Sequence record: MT457553.1
Direction: 5' to 3' (one strand)
Origin: Shewanella phage Thanatos-2
Length of the DNA stretch: 24,000 bases
The position numbers and the translations under genes were made by a program. Shown in pieces: positions 9,230 through 17,102 of the stretch. The notes below the pieces were generated by a model. It was given only the letters and a program-made list of their open reading frames with translations, did no database searches and had not been told where the DNA came from. How positions within the stretch are numbered: position 1 is the stretch's first letter; every line of letters starts with the position of its first letter.

Positions 9230-11242
9230 ATGATTCCAGTAAACAATACTTCATCTGAAAGCAATTTAAGCTCTAAGGCTATTGAATACCGCGTAGCTGT
9301 AACATCTAAGACCTTTAAAGTCTTATCGGATACCATGTATAAGAATAAAATTCGGGCTATCACCCGTGAGCTTTCTTGTAACTGTAACGATGCCCATGTT
9401 GATGCAGGTATAACTAGGCCATTCGAGATTACTTTACCTACTCGATTGAATCCTGTTATTGTCTTCCGTGACTTTGGATTTGGTATCAGTGAAGAAGATA
9501 TTTACAATGTCTTTACAGTGTATTTTGAATCCACTAAGACCAAATCAAATACCCAGATCGGTGAATTAGGTTTAGGTGCAAAATCACCCTACTGTTACTA
9601 TACCCGTTCGATGCAAGTTAAAGTATACCAGAATGGCATTTGCCGTACATATTCAGGTATTATGACAGATGAACCTAAGTTCGAACTTTTGTCTAAAGAA
9701 CCAAGTGATCTTCCTCGTGGTATGGAAATCAGTATTCCTGTTTTACCGGAAGATATCAATACGTGGCATAATGAATTAGCATATTGTTTACGCCCTTTTA
9801 AAGATAAGGTTGAAGTGCCAGGTATAGAGATTCACTGGTTTAATGAATCTGAGATCCAATCACGTAAGGATACCCACGGCTCATCAATTTATGCTCTGTA
9901 TAATAATATTGTGTACCCATTAAAAGACACACCTGGCTTATCCTGGAATATCCTAAGTGAACATTATCCATCACCCGTGATTCGCTTTGATGTAGGTTTA
10001 CTAGATTTCATGCCTTCTCGTGAAGAATTGAGCTTAGACCCAGTAACAGTCAAAAATATTGTAGATCGGGTAAATAGTATTGAAAAGAAATTAATTGATG
10101 ACCATGTTAAAGAACTTTATGCCATATATAATTTACGTGAACGTCGACGTAAATTTAATGAATTAGAGCATTTTACCCAAGAAGCTATTTTAGCTATTAT
10201 GGGCGATGATATTAGAGAAGAGTTTTCTTTATCAGACGAGCTGGTTCATAATTTATTCGGTCAAACCCATTGCTTAAGTCTTACAGGTAAAGCTCGTAGC
10301 ATTATTCAACGTCCTTCTATAAGAGCAAAAGTACGTGAAGTGCCAATTCAACAAATTTTAGGTCTTAATACTTCTAGAGTGGTAATTTTACTTAAAGACC
10401 TTGAATCAAAGAGCTCTTTATATAAAGCCCGCCGAGTTATGTTTGGTATTGAACCTTCATTTTTTGAATTACATGTGGCTCTTGCTGATAAAGTAAAAGA
10501 GTACATGATGGATGACGATGTCGTTATTTACAAAGTATCTGAGATGTGTGCTAAGACTCCTAGGATTAAAGCAGAAAAACGGCCTAGTACTCCTAACATT
10601 TATCATTGTAAAGATGGAAACATTACCCCTCTAAAGCTCACTGCTAAAGAAGTAAAAGAGCTTAAAGGATATTGGATTCCTTTATTTGGTGAAAACACGA
10701 CAACAATAGAAGGTGATGATGGCCCGACTAAGTCTGATTTCATGTGTACAGTCAAAAAGCTTTTAGGTTTAGAAGAATTTTATTTTGTCCGTAAACCTGC
10801 CTTTAAATGGGTCACAGAAATGACATACTTATATCCTTTATTGTTGACTGCATATAAGGAAGAATGCCATAACATTACAGAAAATAATATCTCTAGTGTA
10901 AGGTCTCATGGCACAAGATTAGCAATCACCGATTCTGTTAAGCCGGTAGCACAAGCAGTAGGATTTAAATTTTCTACAGTTAGCACAATCCCTATTTCAG
11001 GATTCACATCTAAAGAGTGGTTAGCTCTTAGAACAATCAATAATGAAATTGTGGATTCATTTAGAAATGTAATGGCGGCATTTTATAATGAAATGCAGAA
11101 ACAATATCCTTTAGAATATTATTATGTTATGAATTGCAATTATTCTAAAGACCAAACAGCCACTAACATATGTACAAATAAATTTGTGTCTTATGCTGCT
11201 CACATGGCACCAACATTGTTAAAAATGCTAAAGAAGGATTAA
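9230..11242 (+). CDS. rIIA: rIIA-like protein with GHKL-type ATPase N-terminus
   Basis: 'RAITRELSCNCNDAHVDAG' and 'VFRDFGFGISEEDI', 'IGELGLGAKSPYCY' GHKL motifs; immediately followed by an rIIB-like gene as in T4. Confidence 0.85.
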   Translation: MIPVNNTSSESNLSSKAIEYRVAVTSKTFKVLSDTMYKNKIRAITRELSCNCNDAHVDAGITRPFEITLPTRLNPVIVFRDFGFGISEEDIYNVFTVYFESTKTKSNTQIGELGLGAKSPYCYYTRSMQVKVYQNGICRTYSGIMTDEPKFELLSKEPSDLPRGMEISIPVLPEDINTWHNELAYCLRPFKDKVEVPGIEIHWFNESEIQSRKDTHGSSIYALYNNIVYPLKDTPGLSWNILSEHYPSPVIRFDVGLLDFMPSREELSLDPVTVKNIVDRVNSIEKKLIDDHVKELYAIYNLRERRRKFNELEHFTQEAILAIMGDDIREEFSLSDELVHNLFGQTHCLSLTGKARSIIQRPSIRAKVREVPIQQILGLNTSRVVILLKDLESKSSLYKARRVMFGIEPSFFELHVALADKVKEYMMDDDVVIYKVSEMCAKTPRIKAEKRPSTPNIYHCKDGNITPLKLTAKEVKELKGYWIPLFGENTTTIEGDDGPTKSDFMCTVKKLLGLEEFYFVRKPAFKWVTEMTYLYPLLLTAYKEECHNITENNISSVRSHGTRLAITDSVKPVAQAVGFKFSTVSTIPISGFTSKEWLALRTINNEIVDSFRNVMAAFYNEMQKQYPLEYYYVMNCNYSKDQTATNICTNKFVSYAAHMAPTLLKMLKKD

Positions 11243-11244
11243 AA

Positions 11245-12240
11245 ATGATTAATACTGCTAAGATCCTAGAGCTTTATGCTCTAGGTAAAAACAAAAACCA
11301 AATTGCAAAGCAATTAGGCATCTCATGGGATACTGTCAATAGACATATCATTAAATCATGGGATACTGTCAATAGACATATCCTTAAAGAACGAGAAAAT
11401 GAAAGAGCTAAAATCCATGCTACTATTCTAGGTCTTAAATCCGAAAAGCCTAAAGGGCTGGTATTAGGTAATAAGAAAAAGCCTGTTAGTACAGTTCTAG
11501 TAATGGACACACCAAAGTATAATGGCCCTAAAGTTCACTGGGTTCATTCTACTGTACCGGGAACACATAAAGGCTATATTACTATGTACTCTGATAAAGT
11601 GTATACTGTTAACTCAGGACACACTAAGTTCAATGTGATTTTAAAGGCTCTTAAAGATGGTAACCATGCCTTAGCATTAGAACTGGCTTCAGTAGAAAAT
11701 CATATTTTACGCCAGGTCAAATTCAATAGTGGTCTTATTATTGATGGAGATAAAATTACGTACAAAGGGCGTTTATTACGTGGTGGTGCTGCATCTCGTA
11801 TTATCGATGATATGATGCTAGGTAAGGATTTCTCTAAATGGGCCAGTTTCTTATCAAAATTATTAGAAAACCCTGAAGAGAAAAACATTGTCAGATTATT
11901 TGATTTCTTAGTTCATAAAGATATTGAAATTTGTGATGACGGCCATTTCTATGCATGGAAATATGTCCGTAAAGACTTCACAGATTGCTTTACCGGGACT
12001 ATTGATAATAGCCCCGGAAAGAGCCCTAGAATGCCTCGTGAAGAAGTATGCAATGATGATAATATTTCATGTGCCCCGGGTCTACACGTGTGTGCATTAA
12101 AATACATGGAAGGTATTAATAGACATTCGTATAATATTGTCTTAGTTAAAGTACATCCTAGAGATGTAGTTAGCATCCCATTAGATTATAATGTGGATAA
12201 AATCCGTACATGTGGTTATCATGTAATGGAAAGACGTTAA
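11245..12240 (+). CDS. rIIB: rIIB-like protein
   Basis: N-terminal HTH-like 'ILELYALGKNKNQIAKQLGISWDTVNRHI'; C-terminal 'DGHFYAWKYVRKDFTDCFTGTIDNSPGKSPRMPREEV...SCAPGLHVCALKYMEG'; position directly after the rIIA-like gene. Confidence 0.85.
   Translation: MINTAKILELYALGKNKNQIAKQLGISWDTVNRHIIKSWDTVNRHILKERENERAKIHATILGLKSEKPKGLVLGNKKKPVSTVLVMDTPKYNGPKVHWVHSTVPGTHKGYITMYSDKVYTVNSGHTKFNVILKALKDGNHALALELASVENHILRQVKFNSGLIIDGDKITYKGRLLRGGAASRIIDDMMLGKDFSKWASFLSKLLENPEEKNIVRLFDFLVHKDIEICDDGHFYAWKYVRKDFTDCFTGTIDNSPGKSPRMPREEVCNDDNISCAPGLHVCALKYMEGINRHSYNIVLVKVHPRDVVSIPLDYNVDKIRTCGYHVMERR
11323..11388 (+). repeat. 33-bp in-frame tandem duplication inside the rIIB-like gene
   Basis: TCATGGGATACTGTCAATAGACATATC(A/C)TTAAA repeats at 11323 and 11356, encoding SWDTVNRHIIK / SWDTVNRHILK. 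Confidence 0.95.
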
Positions 12241-12248
12241 GTGTAATT

Positions 12249-12270
12249 AAGAGGCTTCGGCCTCTTTTTT
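12249..12270 (+). terminator. Rho-independent terminator with TTCG loop
   Basis: AAGAGGC-TTCG-GCCTCTTTTTT. Confidence 0.9.
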
Positions 12271-12283
12271 ATTGGAGAAGATT

Positions 12284-12844
12284 ATGAAAGAATTTTTAGA
12301 AAAATGTAAAGCTGCAGCTCTAGAGGCTACTGGTAAAATTGAAAAAGAAAATATGAGCGATGAAGATTTTTACCAATGCCATATTATTGAATCTTTTAAA
12401 TTCATGGAAAGAAATAAAGCTCTGTATTATAAAACCATATTAGATATTTTGCTTAGTTTTGACCCTGATGCAGAAAGCAACAAATCTATATCATTTGAAG
12501 AATATGTCTATAATGAGATAGAGAAAAATGCCAGAGAGCTATGGAATATCAACGATGAATATTATTTAGAGGCTAAAGGGTTTATTAGACAAAATAATAT
12601 AGAATGGAATCTGGCTTTCAACGTAGAAAAGATATTAATTGGCTTATCTCAATACTGGATAAATTGTAGTGAGCACCCATATTATCCAGTACCAGAATCT
12701 ACAGATAACAAGAGCTTGTTTGATGCAGAAGATGCATATTATTACACTAAAGAAACAGGAAGTTTATGGGAAGGTGAATATGGTGTGCTACATAGACAAT
12801 TGCTAAGTATGACCATATCTTTGCTCAAGGATTTAGTAGGTTAA
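12284..12844 (+). CDS. Array family member 1 (divergent; YPVP + GEYG blocks)
   Basis: 'YWINCSEHPYYPVPEST...LWEGEYGVLHRQLLSMTISLL'. Start moved from the tracked TTG (12272) to ATG 12284, since TTGGAG overlaps the SD. Confidence 0.8.
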   Translation: MKEFLEKCKAAALEATGKIEKENMSDEDFYQCHIIESFKFMERNKALYYKTILDILLSFDPDAESNKSISFEEYVYNEIEKNARELWNINDEYYLEAKGFIRQNNIEWNLAFNVEKILIGLSQYWINCSEHPYYPVPESTDNKSLFDAEDAYYYTKETGSLWEGEYGVLHRQLLSMTISLLKDLVG

Positions 12845-12870
12845 AAGAGGCTTCGGCCTCTTTTTTTTTT
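12845..12870 (+). terminator. Rho-independent terminator with TTCG loop
   Basis: AAGAGGC-TTCG-GCCTC followed by a run of ten T. Confidence 0.9.
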
Positions 12871-12881
12871 CCATAAATCTG

Positions 12882-12909
12882 TTTACAAATCCACCTAGTG
12901 TGGTAGAAT
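12882..12909 (+). promoter_or_regulatory. Sigma70-like promoter
   Basis: TTTACA (12882-12887), 16-nt spacer, TAGAAT (12904-12909), following a terminator. Confidence 0.7.
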
Positions 12910-12939
12910 AATACGGTTAATCAATAATTGGAGCGTAAA

Positions 12940-13506
12940 ATGGACTGTAATACTTTATCAAAATTATCAAATCACCAAATTATGACAATCTTAAGCCATA
13001 AGGCCTTGAAAATCATTAAAGCAAAAATTAACAACAAAAACTATCCTAGTTCAGGAATTTGTTTTACTTTTGTTGATGTAATTCACCAGCTTTACGATAA
13101 ATTAGACCTATCTATTCCTACTCAAGATTATTTAAACATATTCAATTCTTTCTTAGCAGAAGCATCAGGTACTAAATATGCCTTCTCTATTAAACCCCCT
13201 AAAGATTTTATGACTTCTACAACATTACACTATAACGATCAATTGCTTACTCCGGAAAGCAATATCCCACCAAATTCAAAAATAGATGTTTGGTGTGGTG
13301 ACCACACTATAGGCAATAGAGAATGCCTTACTTTAAATTCTTACGATGAATCGTATCAACAGATATTAAATAGGGTGGCATATAAAGTATTACCTAAATG
13401 GAAAGGTGAATATGGTGAAAGTAGAATTATTATTCTAGATAAATTAATTGAGATGTTCAAAAGTAAATTAATTGAAGAAAATTTAACAGATTATGTTTTA
13501 TTTTAA
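12940..13506 (+). CDS. Array family member 2 (lacks a clear YPVP block)
   Basis: 'SSGICFTFVDVI...YKVLPKWKGEYGESRIIILDKLIEMFKSKL'. ATG 12940 preferred over tracked TTG 12928 (SD TTGGAG). Confidence 0.8.
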   Translation: MDCNTLSKLSNHQIMTILSHKALKIIKAKINNKNYPSSGICFTFVDVIHQLYDKLDLSIPTQDYLNIFNSFLAEASGTKYAFSIKPPKDFMTSTTLHYNDQLLTPESNIPPNSKIDVWCGDHTIGNRECLTLNSYDESYQQILNRVAYKVLPKWKGEYGESRIIILDKLIEMFKSKLIEENLTDYVLF

Positions 13507-13565
13507 TTTAATTTATGAATAGATTGTAGTAGAATATTGATTATCAAATTATTAAGGAAATCATC

Positions 13566-14144
13566 ATGAATGGTTTAGACATAACTTCATTGCCAAAGTT
13601 AAATTTGTCTGAAGAACACAAAGAACTTTTAGCCGGATATAAAGCATTATGTACTGTTAAAGAAAGGGCTTATGCCAATAAACTTACCTTAGGCATATGT
13701 GATGCATTTTCTAAATCGTATAAAAATGCTTATTTATATGTTTTTGACCAAAATTGTTTATATAAATATGCCCCAGAATTTCAAAGAATTATGGGAGAAC
13801 TTGCTTTAGAACTAGGAACAGAGCAATCATATCCTGTTCCTGCTCCTAAATGGTTTTATGAATCTGCTAAAGTATACTATAATAGTAACATTATTTTGCC
13901 CACCGATAAAATCCCAGAAGGAGATCAAGTTTTTATCGTATATGAAGATAAAAATGGGTCAATATCAAATAGACAAATTAATACGTACAAGGATACTTAT
14001 AACAATTTATTAGAGCATGCGGCGTATTATATGCTACCTAAATGGACTGGTGATTATGGTGCTCTCAGATTGGAATTTTTATCTAAATTGATTGAAATGC
14101 ATAAAGAAGAACTTTTATCTAATGGCTTAGAAGAATATATTTAA
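13566..14144 (+). CDS. Array family member 3
   Basis: 'LTLGICDAF...EQSYPVPAPK...YYMLPKWTGDYGALRLEFLSKLIEM'. Confidence 0.85.
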   Translation: MNGLDITSLPKLNLSEEHKELLAGYKALCTVKERAYANKLTLGICDAFSKSYKNAYLYVFDQNCLYKYAPEFQRIMGELALELGTEQSYPVPAPKWFYESAKVYYNSNIILPTDKIPEGDQVFIVYEDKNGSISNRQINTYKDTYNNLLEHAAYYMLPKWTGDYGALRLEFLSKLIEMHKEELLSNGLEEYI

Positions 14145-14153
14145 GGAGTGGGT

Positions 14154-14444
14154 ATGCCAGAAAATCAAAGCAAAGGCCTTGAACGGAAATTTATCAATTG
14201 GGACCATTGGGATGTCTATGGGGTAGGTCATTTAGCATTTTACATTGAGGACAAGGGGTCTTGGACAGATTACTCGAAACAGCTCATAAAATCTCAAGGC
14301 AAAGATCCAAAAGATTATACAATTTTTGAACTTGATATGAGCAATTCTACTGCCAGTTTCGTAGCATTTTCTAGTGATACCGACTCAGAACCCAACGAAG
14401 TCGCTTCGACATTAACTTTTGATGTAGGATTGTCAGTATTATGA
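14154..14444 (+). CDS. Hypothetical protein, not an array family member
   Basis: 'MPENQSKGLERKFINWDHWDVYGVGHLAF...'; AAGGAG SD; ATG 14154 preferred over tracked GTG 14148; stop overlaps next ATG. Confidence 0.7.
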   Translation: MPENQSKGLERKFINWDHWDVYGVGHLAFYIEDKGSWTDYSKQLIKSQGKDPKDYTIFELDMSNSTASFVAFSSDTDSEPNEVASTLTFDVGLSVL

Positions 14445-15016
14445 TCTCTCTAGAAAAATCAACAACAGAAGAATTGGTTCTTTACTTAGAAAAATTTAGA
14501 GGTGAAGGCCAATGGTATATGTCAAAGAAATTGCCTACTGAACTTGTAGATGAAATTATCCATAGATTTGCACTAGAAGTAAAGCAAATGAGCAAAGAAG
14601 CCCGTGGAAACTATGGTATATGTAGGCTTATCTCAGATAAACATAGTACAATCATTGACAAGTTTTTTAATATTAAAAACGACGGTGAGTTCAGAAAAAA
14701 CTTTATGTCTATTAGTGCTGAAAGAATGTACCAGATATTCGATAAATGGGAATATTTTTCATCTTTCTATAATTACCCGGTACCATCTACAAAACATAAG
14801 CCAGAAGTAGGGTTAAATGAGCCTAAAATCGGCCCGCATAAAGCATTTTCCGATTTACATAAATGGGAAGGTGAATACGGTGAGCTCAGAACAGAGCTTT
14901 TAGATTTTATTATTTCAAATACGGATAAAAATAATGGACATTGGCTCAGGAAATGGTTATCCTTCTTCTTCATTAAGCAATTTTGCGCCACACTCTTTTA
15001 CTATAGATGGCGTTAA
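14441..15016 (+). CDS. Array family member 4, with an unusual C-terminal extension overlapping the next gene
   Basis: 'GNYGICRLI...DKWEYFSSFYNYPVPST...HKWEGEYGELRTELLDFII', then 83 nt overlap with the NADAR-like gene. Confidence 0.8.
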   Translation: MISLEKSTTEELVLYLEKFRGEGQWYMSKKLPTELVDEIIHRFALEVKQMSKEARGNYGICRLISDKHSTIIDKFFNIKNDGEFRKNFMSISAERMYQIFDKWEYFSSFYNYPVPSTKHKPEVGLNEPKIGPHKAFSDLHKWEGEYGELRTELLDFIISNTDKNNGHWLRKWLSFFFIKQFCATLFYYRWR

Positions 15017-15383
15017 TTGTGCTTCAATGGAAGGATTTTTACAGTCTTTGAAATTTAGTTCAGCTGAAATGGCAGCTCATGTCTGTACATTAGTAGGAAA
15101 GCAAGCTAAGTTTAAAGGCAAGAAAAAGAATTGGTGGCGAACCCAGACATTATATTGGAAAGGTATTCCTATGCATCGACAGAGTGAAGCCTATACCACT
15201 TTAATCGAAAGAGCATATAACCAATTGGCTAAGAACGATGGGTTCGCCAGGGCCCTTCTAGCTACACGAGACTCTACACTTACTCATTCTATGGGTAAGT
15301 CTAAAAAGTCTGAAACTGTATTAACAGAACAAGAATTCTGCTCGAATCTATATCGGGTTAGAAAAATGTTACAGGAGAAATAA
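14934..15383 (+). CDS. NADAR / YbiA-like domain protein
   Basis: 'SLSNFAPHSFTIDGVNCASMEGFLQSLKFSS...GKQAKFKG...WKGIPMHRQSEAYTTLIERAYNQLAKN..FARALLATRDSTLTHSMGKS' follows the NADAR family pattern (SNF.p..f..dG....s.E...Q..K). Confidence 0.85.
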   Translation: MDIGSGNGYPSSSLSNFAPHSFTIDGVNCASMEGFLQSLKFSSAEMAAHVCTLVGKQAKFKGKKKNWWRTQTLYWKGIPMHRQSEAYTTLIERAYNQLAKNDGFARALLATRDSTLTHSMGKSKKSETVLTEQEFCSNLYRVRKMLQEK

Positions 15384-15626
15384 ATGTGCTATTGTAATCC
15401 ATCAATTAGGTCTATTAGATGTAACTCTATTAATTGTGTACCTGCTTCACAGAAAGAAAGAGAAACTTTGGCTAGAATTGAACAAGATAGATTAAAGGTA
15501 GAACGAGCTGATAGGATCAAAACAGTGCAAAGATTCTTATCATTTGTTTGCCTTGAAACACAAGGAAAGGGTGGAACTTCTACAAAATTAGAAGCCCTTA
15601 TGCGAGATTATTTTGAAGAGGCCTAG
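15384..15626 (+). CDS. Small protein with Cys-rich N-terminus
   Basis: 80 aa 'MCYCNPSIRSIRCNSINCVPASQ...'; GGAG SD inside the end of the upstream gene; stop codon lies in the loop of the terminator. Confidence 0.75.
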   Translation: MCYCNPSIRSIRCNSINCVPASQKERETLARIEQDRLKVERADRIKTVQRFLSFVCLETQGKGGTSTKLEALMRDYFEEA

Positions 15627-15640
15627 TGCCTCTTTTTTTT
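15616..15640 (+). terminator. Rho-independent terminator containing the stop codon of the upstream ORF
   Basis: AAGAGGC-CTAGT-GCCTCTT followed by T6; TAG stop at 15624-15626. Confidence 0.85.
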
Positions 15641-15641
15641 G

Positions 15642-15669
15642 TTTACATTTTCTATAGACATGATATTAT
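15642..15669 (+). promoter_or_regulatory. Sigma70-like promoter abutting the terminator U-tract
   Basis: TTTACA (15642-15647), 16-nt spacer, TATTAT (15664-15669). Confidence 0.7.
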
Positions 15670-15708
15670 CAAAAAGTTCTAATACCATGGTGTCTTCAGG
15701 AGAATAAA

Positions 15709-16235
15709 ATGCATAATTAAGCAGAGCAGAAAAAAGTATTATTCTATCTAACAAGTTAAAACCAGACTTCGATATTAGTAAGTTTAATATCCAAGTAAAC
15801 ATAGATGATATACCTTTGAATACTATATTAGATAGCATAATTTTGGATGCATTAAAATCTATACCTTCTAATAACACCAAAGCAAAATTAAGTTTGTGTG
15901 GGTATGTTTCTGTTTGGATGATAAAGTCCTCACAAGAAGCATTAAACCTATGTGATTCTCTTGACCCTAGTCTAGCAAGTCGTTATATAGATATTGAACA
16001 ATTAAGAGATGTATCTGTACGTCTTAGGTCAAGAAAACTTTATTCTACTTGGCCTAAATTTAGTGGGGACAGTTTTTATCCTGTACCTTCACCTTTGTGT
16101 GGAGTATCTGCTTCTGTAATATACTGGGGAGATGCGCATAAATGGGAAGCTGAGTACGGTAAGTTACGTAAAGAACTCTTAGAGCATTCTATTAAATTAT
16201 TAGAATCAACTCTTTTTATCAATTACACAAAATAA
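15709..16235 (+). pseudogene. Array family member 5 with apparent frameshift next to the start codon (tracked ORF starts at TTG 15816)
   Basis: SD-preceded ATG at 15709 reads M-H-N-stop; the family frame is open 15717-16235 (LSRAEKSIILSNKLKPDF...LSLCGYVSVW...TWPKFSGDSFYPVPSP...HKWEAEYGKLRKELLEHSI), giving about normal family length. Confidence 0.65.
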
Positions 16236-16238
16236 TTG

Positions 16239-16267
16239 TTTACACTATGGTCTTGGCTTGGTATGAT
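16239..16267 (+). promoter_or_regulatory. Sigma70-like promoter
   Basis: TTTACA, 17-nt spacer, TATGAT. Confidence 0.7.
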
Positions 16268-16297
16268 TAGCCTAACTTGTATTATCTGGAGCTTAAA

Positions 16298-16864
16298 ATG
16301 ATTAACCCACAAACAAAGTTCAAATTGATTCTTTTAGCAAAGATGAATGACCCTGAATTAGATATCAGTAATCTTGGTGTACCAGATGAATTGGATGCCG
16401 CCCTTCCTACTACTTCGTCGGCTTATATTAGCATTCTTTTAGATGGGCTTAATCATATTAAAGACCTTGACAAAGCAGGCAAACTCAAAGAACGTGCTAT
16501 ATGTGGGCTGCTTATGGATTTTGTATCTTCAGCTAATAAGGAAGTTTACAGCCTTATTGATTCTTTACCTAAAGAACTGGGCAGATTCTCGGTGTCTAAA
16601 AAATATAGTGAAATTGCAATTCGCACCGGTATAGAAATTTCGTCTTCTCTAAGATACATATTTTCTAAATGGCCTAAATTTAGCGGTTCATATTCTTATC
16701 CTATCCCTTCTATGACAGAAGGTGTATCCTCTTCAGGCATATTTTGGAATGACGATATTCCTTTATGGGCTGGTGTTTATGGTGACTTACGAAGAGAGCT
16801 TTTAGATTTTTTAATCAATTGGCTTAATGAAAATAATCAATCTTCATTTGGTAAGGTATACTAA
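16298..16864 (+). CDS. Array family member 6
   Basis: 'RAICGLLMDFV...YIFSKWPKFSGSYSYPIPSM...LWAGVYGDLRRELLDFLINWL'. ATG 16298 after CTGGAGCTTAAA preferred over tracked TTG 16277. Confidence 0.85.
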   Translation: MINPQTKFKLILLAKMNDPELDISNLGVPDELDAALPTTSSAYISILLDGLNHIKDLDKAGKLKERAICGLLMDFVSSANKEVYSLIDSLPKELGRFSVSKKYSEIAIRTGIEISSSLRYIFSKWPKFSGSYSYPIPSMTEGVSSSGIFWNDDIPLWAGVYGDLRRELLDFLINWLNENNQSSFGKVY

Positions 16865-17091
16865 TGGAAATCCAAAGTAAAATATCTATAATGGACAAGG
16901 TATCAATAGAATCTAAGTCTATTAGCTATATGAATGGCCACAGAAAGACAGAAATATCTTTGACTTTTATTAATTCTGTACTTAAATCTGCTTACGTTGA
17001 ATCCGGTGGCTCTAAAACCATGGGCCATCAAGGCCTTATAGATGAATTACGTAGACTCAAAGCAATTCTAAACAGTTTTGAATCTTTATAG
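16864..17091 (+). CDS. Small hypothetical protein, not an obvious family member
   Basis: 75 aa; start overlaps the previous stop (TAATG). Confidence 0.6.
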   Translation: MEIQSKISIMDKVSIESKSISYMNGHRKTEISLTFINSVLKSAYVESGGSKTMGHQGLIDELRRLKAILNSFESL

Positions 17092-17102
17092 GAGACCATA
17101 CT

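Noticed and set aside
7166-12870. Repeated GAGGC-TTCG-GCCTC hairpins as possible mobile or REP-like elements
   Set aside because: Each is directly after a stop codon and followed by a T-run, so they are ordinary intrinsic terminators with a stable UUCG loop.
13507-13535. Possible extra promoter ahead of member 3 (TTTAAT ... TAGAAT)
   Set aside because: The -10 box is plausible but the -35 does not match the exact TTTACA seen at the other nine sites, so it was not listed as a feature.
15623-15880. 85-aa minus-strand ORF across the promoter and 5' end of member 5
   Set aside because: No SD or promoter seen on that strand, it overlaps a + strand family-coding frame, terminator and promoter, and its length is expected in AT-rich antisense sequence.
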